A stretch of DNA of 63,370 nucleotides, filler included, from a bacterium (GCA_027063545.1; 15 parts of 15 records of this genome joined end to end with filler, not necessarily neighbours in it), one strand, 5' to 3'. Positions 22,640 to 33,744 are shown, counted from the whole stretch's first letter. The notes: generated from the sequence alone by a model not told the origin. A program made the numbers and translations.

Positions 22640-22833
22640 NNNNNNNNNNNNNNNNNNNNNNNNNNNNNNNNNNNNNNNNNNNNTTAATTAATTAANNNNN
22701 NNNNNNNNNNNNNNNNNNNNNNNNNNNNNNNNNNNNNNNAATTATAATTAACTACGAAGAGAGTCATCAAAACTCTTCAAAATTTCTTATTTTTTATATT
22801 TTTTATTTAAAATACTAAAACTACATTAAAACC

Positions 22834-22992
22834 CTACTCTATAGGTTCAAAATTAGACTTTCCTGCTCCACATACTGGGCACACCCAACCTTCTGGCAAA
22901 TCTTCAAAAGCCGTTCCTGGTTGTATTCCATTTACTGGATCTCCATTCGCTGGATCATAAATATAACCGCAAATTTTACATTGATACTTCAT
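22834..22992 (-). CDS. Rubredoxin
   Basis: [18 protein letters not shown]...[26 protein letters not shown] places the start at 22992. Confidence 0.95.
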   Translation of the reverse strand: MKYQCKICGYIYDPANGDPVNGIQPGTAFEDLPEGWVCPVCGAGKSNFEPIE

Positions 22993-23070
22993 CTTAAACT
23001 CCTTTGTTTTATTATGTATTTTTTTAATTAAAGTAAATTTTTTATTCAATCCGGCAACCTAAATTTCAAT

Positions 23071-24234
23071 TTAATGTCTCTTTTTAATCTCTTCTACTAA
23101 TTCATCAAGAAGTCTAAAATCATCTTCCCTTGGAAGTCCTTTTATCATTACCGTTTTTAAATACTCTACATTTAAAGCATAAAGCATAGATTTTAATTGA
23201 TCTGGTCCTTTTCCACCCCAGCCATATGATCCCATTATACCTATAAACCTAGTCTTCGGTCTTAATGCATTTACTAAATAAACTGCATAAACTATTGCAG
23301 GATGATAACCTGCTAAAACATAAGGAGAAGCAAAAACAATTGTGGTTGCATCAATTAAATTCATTGTTAAAACCCCTATATCCATTTTTGTCAAGTTTAT
23401 AGGTATTACTTCAATTCCAGCTTCTGTTAATCTATCAACAACATAGTCTACCATAACTTTAGTACTTCCATGCATTGAAACATAAGGTATTAAAACTTTA
23501 TTAGAGCATTTAGGTGAAACCCACTCTTTATAAGCATTTATTATTATTTCTGGGTTATTATAAACCGGTCCATGAGTTGGAGCAATATAACGAATTTCTA
23601 AATTTTCCAACTTTTTTAAATTATTTTGAATTTGTGTTCTAAAAGGCATCATGATCTCAGCATAATATCTTTTTGCATCTTCTATTACTTTATATTCATC
23701 TTTCACAAAAAGATGAGAAGCAGCTCTATGGGATCCAAAAAAATCACCTGAAAATAAAATTTTATCTTCTATCAAGTAGGTTGTCATTGTTTCAGGCCAA
23801 TGCACCCATGGAGTATAAATAAATTTTAGTGTTTTTTTACCTATTTTAAACTCCTCTCCATCAGATACCTCTATAAATTTATCCTCTGGTATATGTAATA
23901 AATCAATCAAAAAATCCTTACATTTTGGATTTGTTATTACTTTTGCTTCAGGATATTTTTCTAAAACAAAAGGAATACTACCTGAATGATCCTGCTCTGC
24001 ATGATTTGAAATAATATAATCAATTCTATCTATGCCTAATATCTCTAAATTTTCAAATAATACATCCTTTTTTTCTGGATCAACAGTATCTATTAAAACA
24101 GTCTTTTCATCCTTAATTAAATAAGAATTGTAAGAAGTACCATCAGGTATGTGAACAAGCTCATCAAATACAGTTCTATCCCAATGGATTGCTCCCACCT
24201 CATATATTCCTTCTATTATCTCTCTAACAGCCAT
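23071..24234 (-). CDS. fprA: Flavodiiron protein (class A, O2/NO reductase)
   Basis: HAEQDHSG, VHWPE, PTHG di-iron ligands; flavodoxin domain SMHGST, GSYGWGG. Confidence 0.92.
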   Translation of the reverse strand: MAVREIIEGIYEVGAIHWDRTVFDELVHIPDGTSYNSYLIKDEKTVLIDTVDPEKKDVLFENLEILGIDRIDYIISNHAEQDHSGSIPFVLEKYPEAKVITNPKCKDFLIDLLHIPEDKFIEVSDGEEFKIGKKTLKFIYTPWVHWPETMTTYLIEDKILFSGDFFGSHRAASHLFVKDEYKVIEDAKRYYAEIMMPFRTQIQNNLKKLENLEIRYIAPTHGPVYNNPEIIINAYKEWVSPKCSNKVLIPYVSMHGSTKVMVDYVVDRLTEAGIEVIPINLTKMDIGVLTMNLIDATTIVFASPYVLAGYHPAIVYAVYLVNALRPKTRFIGIMGSYGWGGKGPDQLKSMLYALNVEYLKTVMIKGLPREDDFRLLDELVEEIKKRH

Positions 24235-24660
24235 ATCTTTATCCTTTTTTTTATATTTATATTTTTATTTTATCACTATTCTCGTAATTTTTATAATAAT
24301 TTAAAATTTTATTTTTTCTTTGTCAATATTTTTTAAAATAATTTAAAATTAAAATTATTTTAAAAATATAGAAATTCCTATTTATATATTACATAATTAT
24401 TTTCACTATCCTAAAAGTCTATTTGTTTTTATATTTTTTTGATTATTATAATATAAAAATAGGAATAAATCTCTCTATCTCCAAGAATAAACATATTGAA
24501 ACTAGAATATTTTTTTATTAGTTTAAAATCATAAAAATAAAGGAGGAAAGTTTTTAAATNNNNNNNNNNNNNNNNNNNNNNNNNNNNNNNNNNNNNNNNN
24601 NNNTTAATTAATTAANNNNNNNNNNNNNNNNNNNNNNNNNNNNNNNNNNNNNNNNNNNNT

Positions 24661-25551
24661 GGATATAATAAAAAAAAATTTAGTTTTATACTTAATTGGA
24701 TAGCTTCTTTTTTTAAAGATTTATCTAATAGATCTCAGATTATACTTATTTTATATGGTGATAAAACTTCTGGAAAAGAAATTTTATTTAATGATATTCT
24801 AACACCTTTGTTTGGTATAGATTATTGCCTTAAAATTACAGAGAGTACACTCATAAATGATAAACATTCACTTGGTCTGCTTCAGGAAAAACTTTTTTAT
24901 AATTTATCTAGTATATCTAAAGCGACAGTTGATGATAAAACAACTAAAAATATATTAGAAAATGTATTACCAACACAACAACATTTTGCACAATATCTTA
25001 TAACAACAGAGATACCAGAATTATTTTATTTTAATCAAAATAGTAATGATTATACTGTATTCCATATCAATCAAAAAGTGGAAGAAATGTATATTCCTAA
25101 GTGGTTTAATGCTTCTAACAGGTTAACAAAAAATGAGCTACAAAAAGCAATTAAAAATGACTTAGAAAATTTTGCAATAATATTGAAATTACATGCACTT
25201 GAGTTTATTAACTATGAATTAGAAGAAGATGATAAAAAAGTAATGTTATCTTCTTTAGACGATAAACTAATGTCATTTGTACAGGCTATTAAAAATAAGG
25301 ACTTAGATTATTTTCAGAAGATTAAAGAAGATGTTGATTTGTATAAGACCTTAGAAGCAGACTTTCACAAACAACAAATAAAACAGTCAAATCTTGTAAA
25401 ATATTTTAACATACTTTATCCTGAAAATAGTTTTGATTCTTCCAGAACACTTAATAATAAATTACGAAAGATTGATAATGATCTTTTTAAAACTGGAAAT
25501 TTAAAAATGGGTAATGGTGGAAAGAAGTATTTTAAGATTCCTACTATTTAG
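24661..25551 (+). CDS. Degenerate primase-helicase (D5/SF3-like) protein of a mobile element; 5' truncated
   Basis: Frame open from contig start: FILNWIASFF...IILILYGDKTSGKEILFNDILTPLFG, a Walker-A-like segment in helicase context. Confidence 0.5.
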   Translation, partial: GYNKKKFSFILNWIASFFKDLSNRSQIILILYGDKTSGKEILFNDILTPLFGIDYCLKITESTLINDKHSLGLLQEKLFYNLSSISKATVDDKTTKNILENVLPTQQHFAQYLITTEIPELFYFNQNSNDYTVFHINQKVEEMYIPKWFNASNRLTKNELQKAIKNDLENFAIILKLHALEFINYELEEDDKKVMLSSLDDKLMSFVQAIKNKDLDYFQKIKEDVDLYKTLEADFHKQQIKQSNLVKYFNILYPENSFDSSRTLNNKLRKIDNDLFKTGNLKMGNGGKKYFKIPTI

Positions 25552-25590
25552 TTAAATATTAGTATATCTATACTGTATCTTATAAAATTT

Positions 25591-25692
25591 ATTAGAATAT
25601 TAGAAACAAAAATATAAGAATATTTACATTCTGATATTCTATTAAATATCTTAAAAGATAGTAATAATAAGCATTTATTCTAATATTCTAAT
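25591..25692. repeat. Four 15-bp iteron-like copies (two direct, two inverted)
   Basis: ATTAGAATATTAGAA (25591), ATAAGAATATTTACA (25614), TTCTGATATTCTATT (25629), TTCTAATATTCTAAT (25678, exact reverse complement of the first). Confidence 0.6.
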
Positions 25693-26146
25693 TTTATGAT
25701 TTATTTAATGGTATAGTGATTAATGATAATTTTGGATGATAAATATCTATTATTTGACGATCTTAAAGAAATAATAATGAAGTAGAAACCAATCCAGAAC
25801 TTTAATATAATTTTCTATTTTATAAAATCTACAATAATATCTTCACCAATCAATTTTATAACTAATTTACAATGCTTACTGCATTTTCAGTTAGTAGTAA
25901 ATCGTAAAGATACAAAAGATGAAAAAAGATATATCATTCTTCTTATTCATATAACAATTTTTTCACATCATCCATCTTCTACTGATAGAGATAAATTCAA
26001 AATAGAAACTACCCAGTTTACAAGCATTTTTAACAAATATATAATAGGTGTGAGATAATGACATTTATATATAAAATACTTACTGTATAACTGGACTATT
26101 ACTACTTTCATTTTGTTTCTATAAATACAACAGTAGAGAGATAAAT

Positions 26147-26475
26147 ATGAATATAAACAACATTACAAATACATACATAGATACACTAGGTATAAGATGT
26201 GTATGTGACAATAAAGAACAAAGAGAAAGTTTATCTAATGTACTATTTGATTTTCTAAAAGAGAAAAAAATAGTAGCTATCAGATATAACAAAGAAAGAA
26301 GTAATGAATATTATCAAATTACTGATTTACTTTATGGCAATACAAAACTAGCAACTATTGCTAAAGGTTATTATCAAAACGACAACAATCTACTGAATCC
26401 AGATTACTACTATGTTAATATGAATTTTTATGGTTTAAAGAGATACAACAATTTTAAAGATAAAGCCTCTTTTCT
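26147..26475 (+). CDS. Hypothetical protein, possibly replication-initiator-like; 3' truncated
   Basis: ORF with IDTLGI and NFYGLKRYN segments; downstream of the helicase-like gene and repeats. Confidence 0.4.
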
Positions 26476-26575
26476 NNNNNNNNNNNNNNNNNNNNNNNNN
26501 NNNNNNNNNNNNNNNNNNNTTAATTAATTAANNNNNNNNNNNNNNNNNNNNNNNNNNNNNNNNNNNNNNNNNNNN

Positions 26576-28201
26576 TGTTGTATATATTCTTTTCTCAGGT
26601 ATTCTCATTCTTTCGGGATGTTCCATAATATTATTTAATAAATTCATTTCTAAATATTTAGATAATGATACCTTTAATTTTTCTCTATATATACGCTCTG
26701 AAATAAATTTATGAACTTGAATAACTAAAAAGAAAATAACAGTTGCCGTAGTAAAAGGAATTCCTGTTATTACTATATTAAATTTATAAAACAAAATAAA
26801 AAATGAAAAAAGAGGTATAGATAGCGAAAGAAGTGTAAATATCATAAGAGAAAATATAGTATAATCTGAGATCTTTATAAAAATAATAAAAATTATAATA
26901 GAATATAAAAAGAGCAAAAGAAATATAAAGGATAAAGGGGGAAAAGTTATAAAATCATTTCTTAACATATTATTAAGAAAGTTAGCATGATATAGTACCC
27001 CGGGAATTATACCTATAGGAGAAGACCAAGCATCTCCTAAAGAATAATCTGTAATACCTACAATTACTATTTTATTCTTAACTTTTTCTTTATATTTTTC
27101 AAAAGAAAAAATAAAATCGTATAAAGATATTGTATAAAAATCTTTTAATCTCCCTCTAAAATTAATTTTTGTATTTCCATATTTATCTATAAAAATCTTT
27201 TTATCTTCTCTTATATTATATACTAAAAAATTATTATAAAATCTTTTTTCTAGTTTAAATCCTTCAAACTTTCCATATTTAAATAACTGGTAAGTAATTA
27301 ACATTGCATTAGGATATAGACGATTTTTATATCTAACTAATAAAGTAATCATATTCTCTTTATGTTTAGAAGCCTTAAATATATTTACATGACCAAAATA
27401 TTTTCCAGTTTCTAGTAAATATAAAAACGGAGCCTTAATTTGATTTGCCCATTCTACTAGATATTTATTTTCGTTATGACATTTTATTGTAAATGGTGTT
27501 ATCTTCATTTTTATTAAACTATCTTCTTTAATGTTATTTGTATAAATAAGTGTTTTAAAATATGTTGGATAAAAGGGATATGAATATACAAACTTAATAT
27601 TTAATGCTCTAGAAAATATATAAGGAAAAACTATAGGAAAGTTGGCACGTTTAACCTCCTGAATAAAAAAACTATCTCCACTACTATATACCCATTCTAA
27701 AGCATTCAATACATCCTCTATATTAACATTTATCTCAGCAAATATATCCTTACTTTCCATTAAAGCTGTATATATCTCTTTAGGATCCCTAAATATTAAT
27801 CTTGATACGTAGTCTGCTATATGAGGAGGATATTTATAATATCCTATCATTATTCTCTTAAAAAAAATAATATCAAAAAATAATACTCTAGGTTTTGCTT
27901 CAATAAGTTTATTTATTAAATCACCATATACTATCCTATTCCAAGGCCAATCTCCTATTATTGTAGAGATTAACTTTAAAGAAAGTTCATCTATTTTTAT
28001 AATAATAATATTTGTATCTATATATTTGGAAACCTCTTTATTATAATTATGTAATTTGTATCTATAATATTGAAATTGATTCAAAGACTCTTCTTGATAA
28101 TTAGTAAAAAATGATCGAGAAATAAAGACAAAACTAGTAATTATAGCTGCTAAAACATATAGTTTTATGTATTCATATATATTTTTGTTAAAATTAAACA
28201 T
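26576..28201 (-). CDS. CHASE2-domain membrane sensor, probably adenylate/guanylate cyclase; 3' truncated
   Basis: IIIKIDELSL..IGDWPWNR, FFDIIF, KIVIVG, PGVLYHAN, three TM helices, then LSKYL...EKR..T leading into a cyclase-type domain. Confidence 0.8.
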
Positions 28202-28485
28202 TTAATATCTCACTGTAATAATTTAAAATATGCTTATTTTCTTTTACAAAATCTAAAATTTCTTTATTATTGTGTTTTTTAGCACCTTTCTCTAGTATAT
28301 TTAACTTTATCTCCAATATTTTTAACAATTTATACAATTTCGCTTTTTCTATAATATTATAGTAAGTATTTAATAATTTTACCANNNNNNNNNNNNNNNN
28401 NNNNNNNNNNNNNNNNNNNNNNNNNNNNTTAATTAATTAANNNNNNNNNNNNNNNNNNNNNNNNNNNNNNNNNNNNNNNNNNNNT

Positions 28486-29865
28486 ATCTTAAATTATTTC
28501 CAGTATTATTGGCTTTTATTTTTTATAGGGCTTCTTTTAGGATACATTATAGTTAAAAAATCCAATAAATTTTTTTCCTATATATTAACTTTAGCCCTAT
28601 TCTCTCCAATAGTATACATACTATATACACAAATCTATGATTTTTTTGGATTTTTAATGATTAGCCAATATATAGGGAGGCCAATAGATTTTAATGAATT
28701 AGGCAAGCGGTTAATTTCAATCATTTCTTATTTATCTGTGTTAATACTTAATTTGTATCTAATAAGAGACGGATTTAAGCCTTCAAAATTATTAGAGGAA
28801 AATTTAATTCCAATACTAGGACCAAAATCATCTGGAAAAACAATTTTAAGTATTGGATTATTTTATTGTATCTCAAATAAAAAATTAGGGAAATATCTAG
28901 ATACCCCTATAGCGGTAAATACCGAACATATAAACTTATATAGCATATATTTGAAATTTTTAGAAAATGGTTATAAAAAAATTGAAGGTACTAAATATGG
29001 GGAAGTGATTCTTCATAAATTTTTAATATTTTCGGATCCATTAAAAAGAATATTATGGGGATTCAAGGATAAAAAAATTGAAATTGTGGATTATGCTGGA
29101 GAATATTTGGGAGATATCTCTAAATTATCATATGATGACAGATTTTTATTAAAATATTGTGAAGAAATTAGAGAGAACTTAAAAAAATATAATTTAGACG
29201 AATATTTAATTGATAAAATTATAAATAATATAAGAAAAAGGAAATTCAGATTTGAAGAGTATTTAGATAAATTGGATTTTTCAAAGTTAAATATGTCTCA
29301 AATTATCCCTTTATATATAGCTTTTTCTATATATCATTCTAATAAGATAATTTTTTTGATAGACGGTATCGCGTTAGTTAGATATTTATATAAAACAAAT
29401 CCTACCTTTGTTAGAAGAATAGAACAAATAAAAAGTAAAAATAAGACTTTTTATAATTTCATTACGAGATTAGTTAAAAAGTCCGATGATAATGACTTAA
29501 ACCGATTGACCTTAGTGATTGACCAATATAAAAAAATAAAAGATAAGTTTAAAGACAAGGATATTAAATTTTTAATAACCAAATCAGATTTTATTTTATA
29601 CTTATATGGTTTGTCATTTAATAACACAAAAAATTTAGATATCATTTGTAATGAAATTAGAAGAGAACTTTCTGAGGACCCATTACTAGAATGCGTGGTT
29701 AATGAAGGGTTTTTTGTATCAATGGTTATATCGAAAAAAGATATTGATGAAATATATGGAAAAGAAGAAAGTCGATACATTAAAGACCAGATATTAGTTG
29801 GAGGATTAGATAAGTTTATAGAGTATATAAAAAAAGATAACATACTGTCATCTATTAAGTGGTGA
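28486..29865 (+). CDS. Membrane-anchored TRAFAC-like GTPase; 5' truncated
   Basis: Frame open from contig start with TM helices; G1 ILGPKSSGKT, G2 GT, G3 IVDYAGE, G4 LITKSD. Confidence 0.7.
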   Translation: MLNYFQYYWLLFFIGLLLGYIIVKKSNKFFSYILTLALFSPIVYILYTQIYDFFGFLMISQYIGRPIDFNELGKRLISIISYLSVLILNLYLIRDGFKPSKLLEENLIPILGPKSSGKTILSIGLFYCISNKKLGKYLDTPIAVNTEHINLYSIYLKFLENGYKKIEGTKYGEVILHKFLIFSDPLKRILWGFKDKKIEIVDYAGEYLGDISKLSYDDRFLLKYCEEIRENLKKYNLDEYLIDKIINNIRKRKFRFEEYLDKLDFSKLNMSQIIPLYIAFSIYHSNKIIFLIDGIALVRYLYKTNPTFVRRIEQIKSKNKTFYNFITRLVKKSDDNDLNRLTLVIDQYKKIKDKFKDKDIKFLITKSDFILYLYGLSFNNTKNLDIICNEIRRELSEDPLLECVVNEGFFVSMVISKKDIDEIYGKEESRYIKDQILVGGLDKFIEYIKKDNILSSIKW

Positions 29866-29870
29866 TATTA

Positions 29871-30280
29871 ATGGACGACATGGAAAATGAGGATATAAAA
29901 TACGTTGTAATTACAACAGATAAAATGGTTATATTTGGTTCCAGAGAACTATATAATAAATATAAGGATTTGGTTGAAGAGATTGATAAAAACGACATTT
30001 GGTTAAAATTAGAAAAAAAAGACAATAAATGGAGATTATTTGCTAAAATTAAAGTTTATTTATCAGACAGCCCTAGACCAGAAAGAGTAATACTATTCGT
30101 AGAATCAAATCGATGGATATCTGGAGAAGATTTTGAAAAAATAATAAACGAGATAGTTGATAAATGTGATAAAATTGAATCACTTATTTCAGCTTCTGAA
30201 TCTGAACCAACTCCTAACAATATCTCTTTTGATAATATCAAAAACAAGGTATATATAAAGTATAAAAAAGTCCCTCACTT
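29871..30280 (+). CDS. Hypothetical protein downstream of the GTPase; 3' truncated
   Basis: GGTGAT RBS overlapping the GTPase stop region; ORF MDDMENEDIKYVVIT...SDSPRPERVILFV. Confidence 0.55.
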
Positions 30281-30380
30281 NNNNNNNNNNNNNNNNNNNN
30301 NNNNNNNNNNNNNNNNNNNNNNNNTTAATTAATTAANNNNNNNNNNNNNNNNNNNNNNNNNNNNNNNNNNNNNNNNNNNN

Positions 30381-30576
30381 GAGCTATAAAAATGGGCGCT
30401 TTTTCTAAAAAAGAAAAATTTATATAATCATACTCTTCATCAAAATACCCTTGAGGGTCTTTTAATAAATCCTGTTGAAAAAGCTCTGCTTTATTATCTA
30501 TATTTCTAGTATTACTTCCAAATGAAAAATTAATAAACAATATTAAAATATAAATAACAATATACAATATTCTCAT
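30381..30576 (-). CDS. Secreted hypothetical protein; 3' truncated
   Basis: Signal-peptide-like N-terminus; starts 3 nt after the gatA stop. Confidence 0.5.
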
Positions 30577-30579
30577 AAA

Positions 30580-31995
30580 TTAATCCCTCTTATCTAATAA
30601 TTTGGCTAATGCTAATACTTTCTTCTCCTCAAAATAATTACCTATTATCTGAACAGCTCCGTACAAATTCCCAATCTTACCTGCCCTTACAGATATTGCT
30701 GGTAATCCTGCTAAACTAGCAGGTATTGTAAACATATCAGATAAATACATTTGTAATGGATCATCTAACTTCTCTCCTAATTTAAATGGTAAAGATGGAG
30801 AAACTGGAGTTATTATTAAATCAACATCTTCAAAAACCTTCTTAAAATCTTCTATTATTAATGTTCTGACCTTCTGTCCTTTTAAATAATAAGCATCATA
30901 ATAACCTGCACTTAAAACATACGTACCTAACATTATTCTTCTTTTTACCTCAGCTCCAAACCCTTCATCCCTAGTTTTTTTATACATATCAATTAAACTT
31001 GTATAGTTTTGTGATCTATAACCATATTTTACCCCATCATATCTGGCTAAATTAGAAGATGCCTCTGCTGTTGCAATGATATAATAAGTGGCAACTGCAT
31101 ACTCTGTGTGGGGTAAAGAAATCTCTTTTACCTCTATACCCAGAGATTTTAAATACTCTATTCTTTCATTAACAGCATCTATTACCTCTTTATCTACCCC
31201 ATCTATAAAATACTCTTTAGGAACACCTACTTTTAAAGATTTTACATCAATATCTTCTAGATTAGAGTAAGATTCAACTTCCTTTTCTATTGATGTAGAA
31301 TCTTTAGGATCATAACCTGCAATCACTTCTAATAAATAAGCAGCATCCTCAACATCATCTGCTATTGGGCCTATTTGGTCTAAAGAAGACCCAAATGCAA
31401 CAAGTCCATATCTTGAAACTCTTCCATAAGTAGGTTTTAACCCTATAACACCGCAAAAAGCTGCTGGTTGTCTTATAGAACCTCCTGTATCTGATCCTAA
31501 AGCAATAGGAGCCATACCACTTGAAACTGCAGCAGCAGATCCTCCTGATGATCCTCCTGGTACTCTCTCTAAATCTAAAGGATTTTTTACTGGTCCGAAA
31601 TAACTAGTTTCATTAGATGAACCCATAGCAAACTCATCCATATTAGCCTTAGCTAAAATTATTCCATCCTCTGCTTTTATCTTCTCAATAACAGTAGCAT
31701 CATAAATAGATTCATAATTTGCTAAAATTTTAGAAGCACATGTTGTTTTTAATCCAAAAACATTAATATTATCTTTTATAACTATAGGAATTCCAAAAAG
31801 CTTTCCTAACTTCTCACCTCTATTTTGCTTTTCTTTTAATTTTTCTATTTGAGAATAAACATAATCTTCATCAAAAAATATTAAAGCATTTATATCTCTA
31901 TTTTTTTGTTTTATATTATCTATATATGATTTTACATATTCCTCTAATGACATTTCTCCATTTTTAAACTTTTCTACATCTCTTTTTATACTCAT
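30580..31995 (-). CDS. gatA: Asp/Glu-tRNA amidotransferase subunit A
   Basis: KDNI, NMDEFAMGSS, PGGSSGGSAA, GSDTGGSIRQPA, EVKRRIMLGTYVLSAGYYDAYY. Confidence 0.98.
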   Translation of the reverse strand: MSIKRDVEKFKNGEMSLEEYVKSYIDNIKQKNRDINALIFFDEDYVYSQIEKLKEKQNRGEKLGKLFGIPIVIKDNINVFGLKTTCASKILANYESIYDATVIEKIKAEDGIILAKANMDEFAMGSSNETSYFGPVKNPLDLERVPGGSSGGSAAAVSSGMAPIALGSDTGGSIRQPAAFCGVIGLKPTYGRVSRYGLVAFGSSLDQIGPIADDVEDAAYLLEVIAGYDPKDSTSIEKEVESYSNLEDIDVKSLKVGVPKEYFIDGVDKEVIDAVNERIEYLKSLGIEVKEISLPHTEYAVATYYIIATAEASSNLARYDGVKYGYRSQNYTSLIDMYKKTRDEGFGAEVKRRIMLGTYVLSAGYYDAYYLKGQKVRTLIIEDFKKVFEDVDLIITPVSPSLPFKLGEKLDDPLQMYLSDMFTIPASLAGLPAISVRAGKIGNLYGAVQIIGNYFEEKKVLALAKLLDKRD

Positions 31996-32013
31996 TATTC
32001 CTCCTTTTTTATT

Positions 32014-32167
32014 TTAATGTCTATAAAGTTTATATAAATACACAGCTAATAAAATACTTAAAAATGTAATAAAATTAAACTGAAATATAAAGCCAAATTT
32101 AAAAGCAAAAAAACCTAAATTGACAATAACTGGTTGAGCTGTTGTTAAATCTACTATAGTATCTAGA
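32014..32167 (-). CDS. Small membrane protein C-terminus (DUF4321-like); 5' truncated
   Basis: Open frame LTTAQPVIVNLGFFAFKFGFIFQFNFITFLSILLAVYLYKLYRH*. Confidence 0.5.
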
Positions 32168-32267
32168 NNNNNNNNNNNNNNNNNNNNNNNNNNNNNNNNN
32201 NNNNNNNNNNNTTAATTAATTAANNNNNNNNNNNNNNNNNNNNNNNNNNNNNNNNNNNNNNNNNNNN

Positions 32268-33567
32268 ATCCTCCTGCCGCTACTGTTATAAGAGTTGCAA
32301 CATATTTATTTGATAACACCTTATTTCCTGGTATAGATTCATCACTAAACAATTCTTGCCATGCAAATCTTGCAAGACGTGTTGCTGTATCAAGGGAAGT
32401 CAAAGCAAAAGCACTCACTGCTAATGTAGCAAATGTCACTAGATAAGTTTTTGGTAATTTTAAAATCTCACCAAATGTTGCTATACCTGAAGCAAATACA
32501 GCTATAGGACCTTTTTGTTTAATTAATTCTATATATTCTCCATGAGTTAGATATCCTGCTGTAATAAGGGCTATAACTGCTAAAAAACTTTCTATGAGCA
32601 TTCCTCCATATCCAACTATTTTTGCATCACTTTCCTTATCTAATTGTTTTGATGAAGTCCCAGAAGAAACAAGAGAATGAAAACCTGAAATTGCTCCACA
32701 GGCAATAGTAACAAAAAGTATTGGGAATAAATATCCTAATTTTTCATTATAAAAAGATGTAAATACCGGCATCTTTATTTGTGGATTATATAATATTATT
32801 GAAATAAACCCTAATAACAAAATTGCATATAAAAGAAAAGAACTTAAAAAATCACGAGGTTGTAATAAAAGCCATACTGGTAAAATAGAAGCAAATATTA
32901 TATAAACTAAAATAATATATATCCAAGTATCATGGGGTAAAGATATTGGATAGCTTACTCCTAAGAATAAACCTAATACTATTAAAAATAAACCAAATAT
33001 AGTTAATATACCCATTGACATTGGCTTTTTATAATTTATCAAGCCAAAAATCATAGCCAATAAAATAAAGAATATTGAGGTAGAGGCTGTTTGAGGAGAC
33101 GTATCAAAAGTCTTAGCAACAACAAATGTAAATACAGCTATAACAAGAACCAATGTTACCCAAACAAATATTAAAAATAAAAACTTTCCAACTTTTCCTA
33201 CTTCTTTCTCAATTATATCTCCAATCGACTTACCATCATTCCTTACAGAAGCTATAAGTGCTGTAAAATCATGAACTGCCCCCATAAATATACCACCTAT
33301 TATTATCCATATAAAACCCGGTAACCATCCATAAACAATTGCTGTTACAGGACCTATAATAGGAGCTGCACCAGCTATAGATGCAAAATGATGTCCTAAA
33401 AGAATAGGCCATTTTGCAGGTACATAGTCAACATTATCTCTAAGTCTGTGAGCAGGAGTTTTTCTTGAATCATCAATATCATAATGACCCACAATAAAAC
33501 TACCATATAATTTATATCCTAAAACTAATGCTATAAAAGAAAAAATTATTAAAACTAACCCACTCAT
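32268..33567 (-). CDS. cstA: Carbon starvation protein A family transporter; 3' truncated
   Basis: TPAH...DYVP, GHHFASIAGAAPIIGP, LLQPRD, FVTIACGAISGFHSL, LTSLDTATRLAR. Confidence 0.93.
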
Positions 33568-33594
33568 TACTTTTTCTCCTTTTTTATGTTTTAT

Positions 33595-33656
33595 TTAGTT
33601 TATACATAAACTAACTCTTTAAAATAAAAATAATTATTTAAATTAGATAAATCTAA
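33595..33656. promoter_or_regulatory. Two palindromic operator-like sites upstream of cstA
   Basis: TTAGTTTAT-AC-ATAAACTAA (33595..33614) and TTAGAT-AA-ATCTAA (33643..33656). Confidence 0.45.
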
Positions 33657-33663
33657 AAAAATT

Positions 33664-33694
33664 GAGGTCTAACCTTTCTTTTAGATTAGACCTC
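33664..33694 (-). terminator. Intrinsic terminator after the minor-pilin operon
   Basis: GAGGTCTAA/TTAGACCTC stem followed by a T-rich tail on the minus strand. Confidence 0.65.
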
Positions 33695-33744
33695 CAAAAA
33701 TATTATATTAAAAAAAAATAAGTTATAAAGAAAACAATTAAAAA

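Noticed and set aside
25700-26140. Possible structured RNA or small ORFs in the gap of the mobile fragment
   Set aside because: Only imperfect AT-rich hairpins and very short ORFs without clear RBS; cannot be supported without covariance analysis
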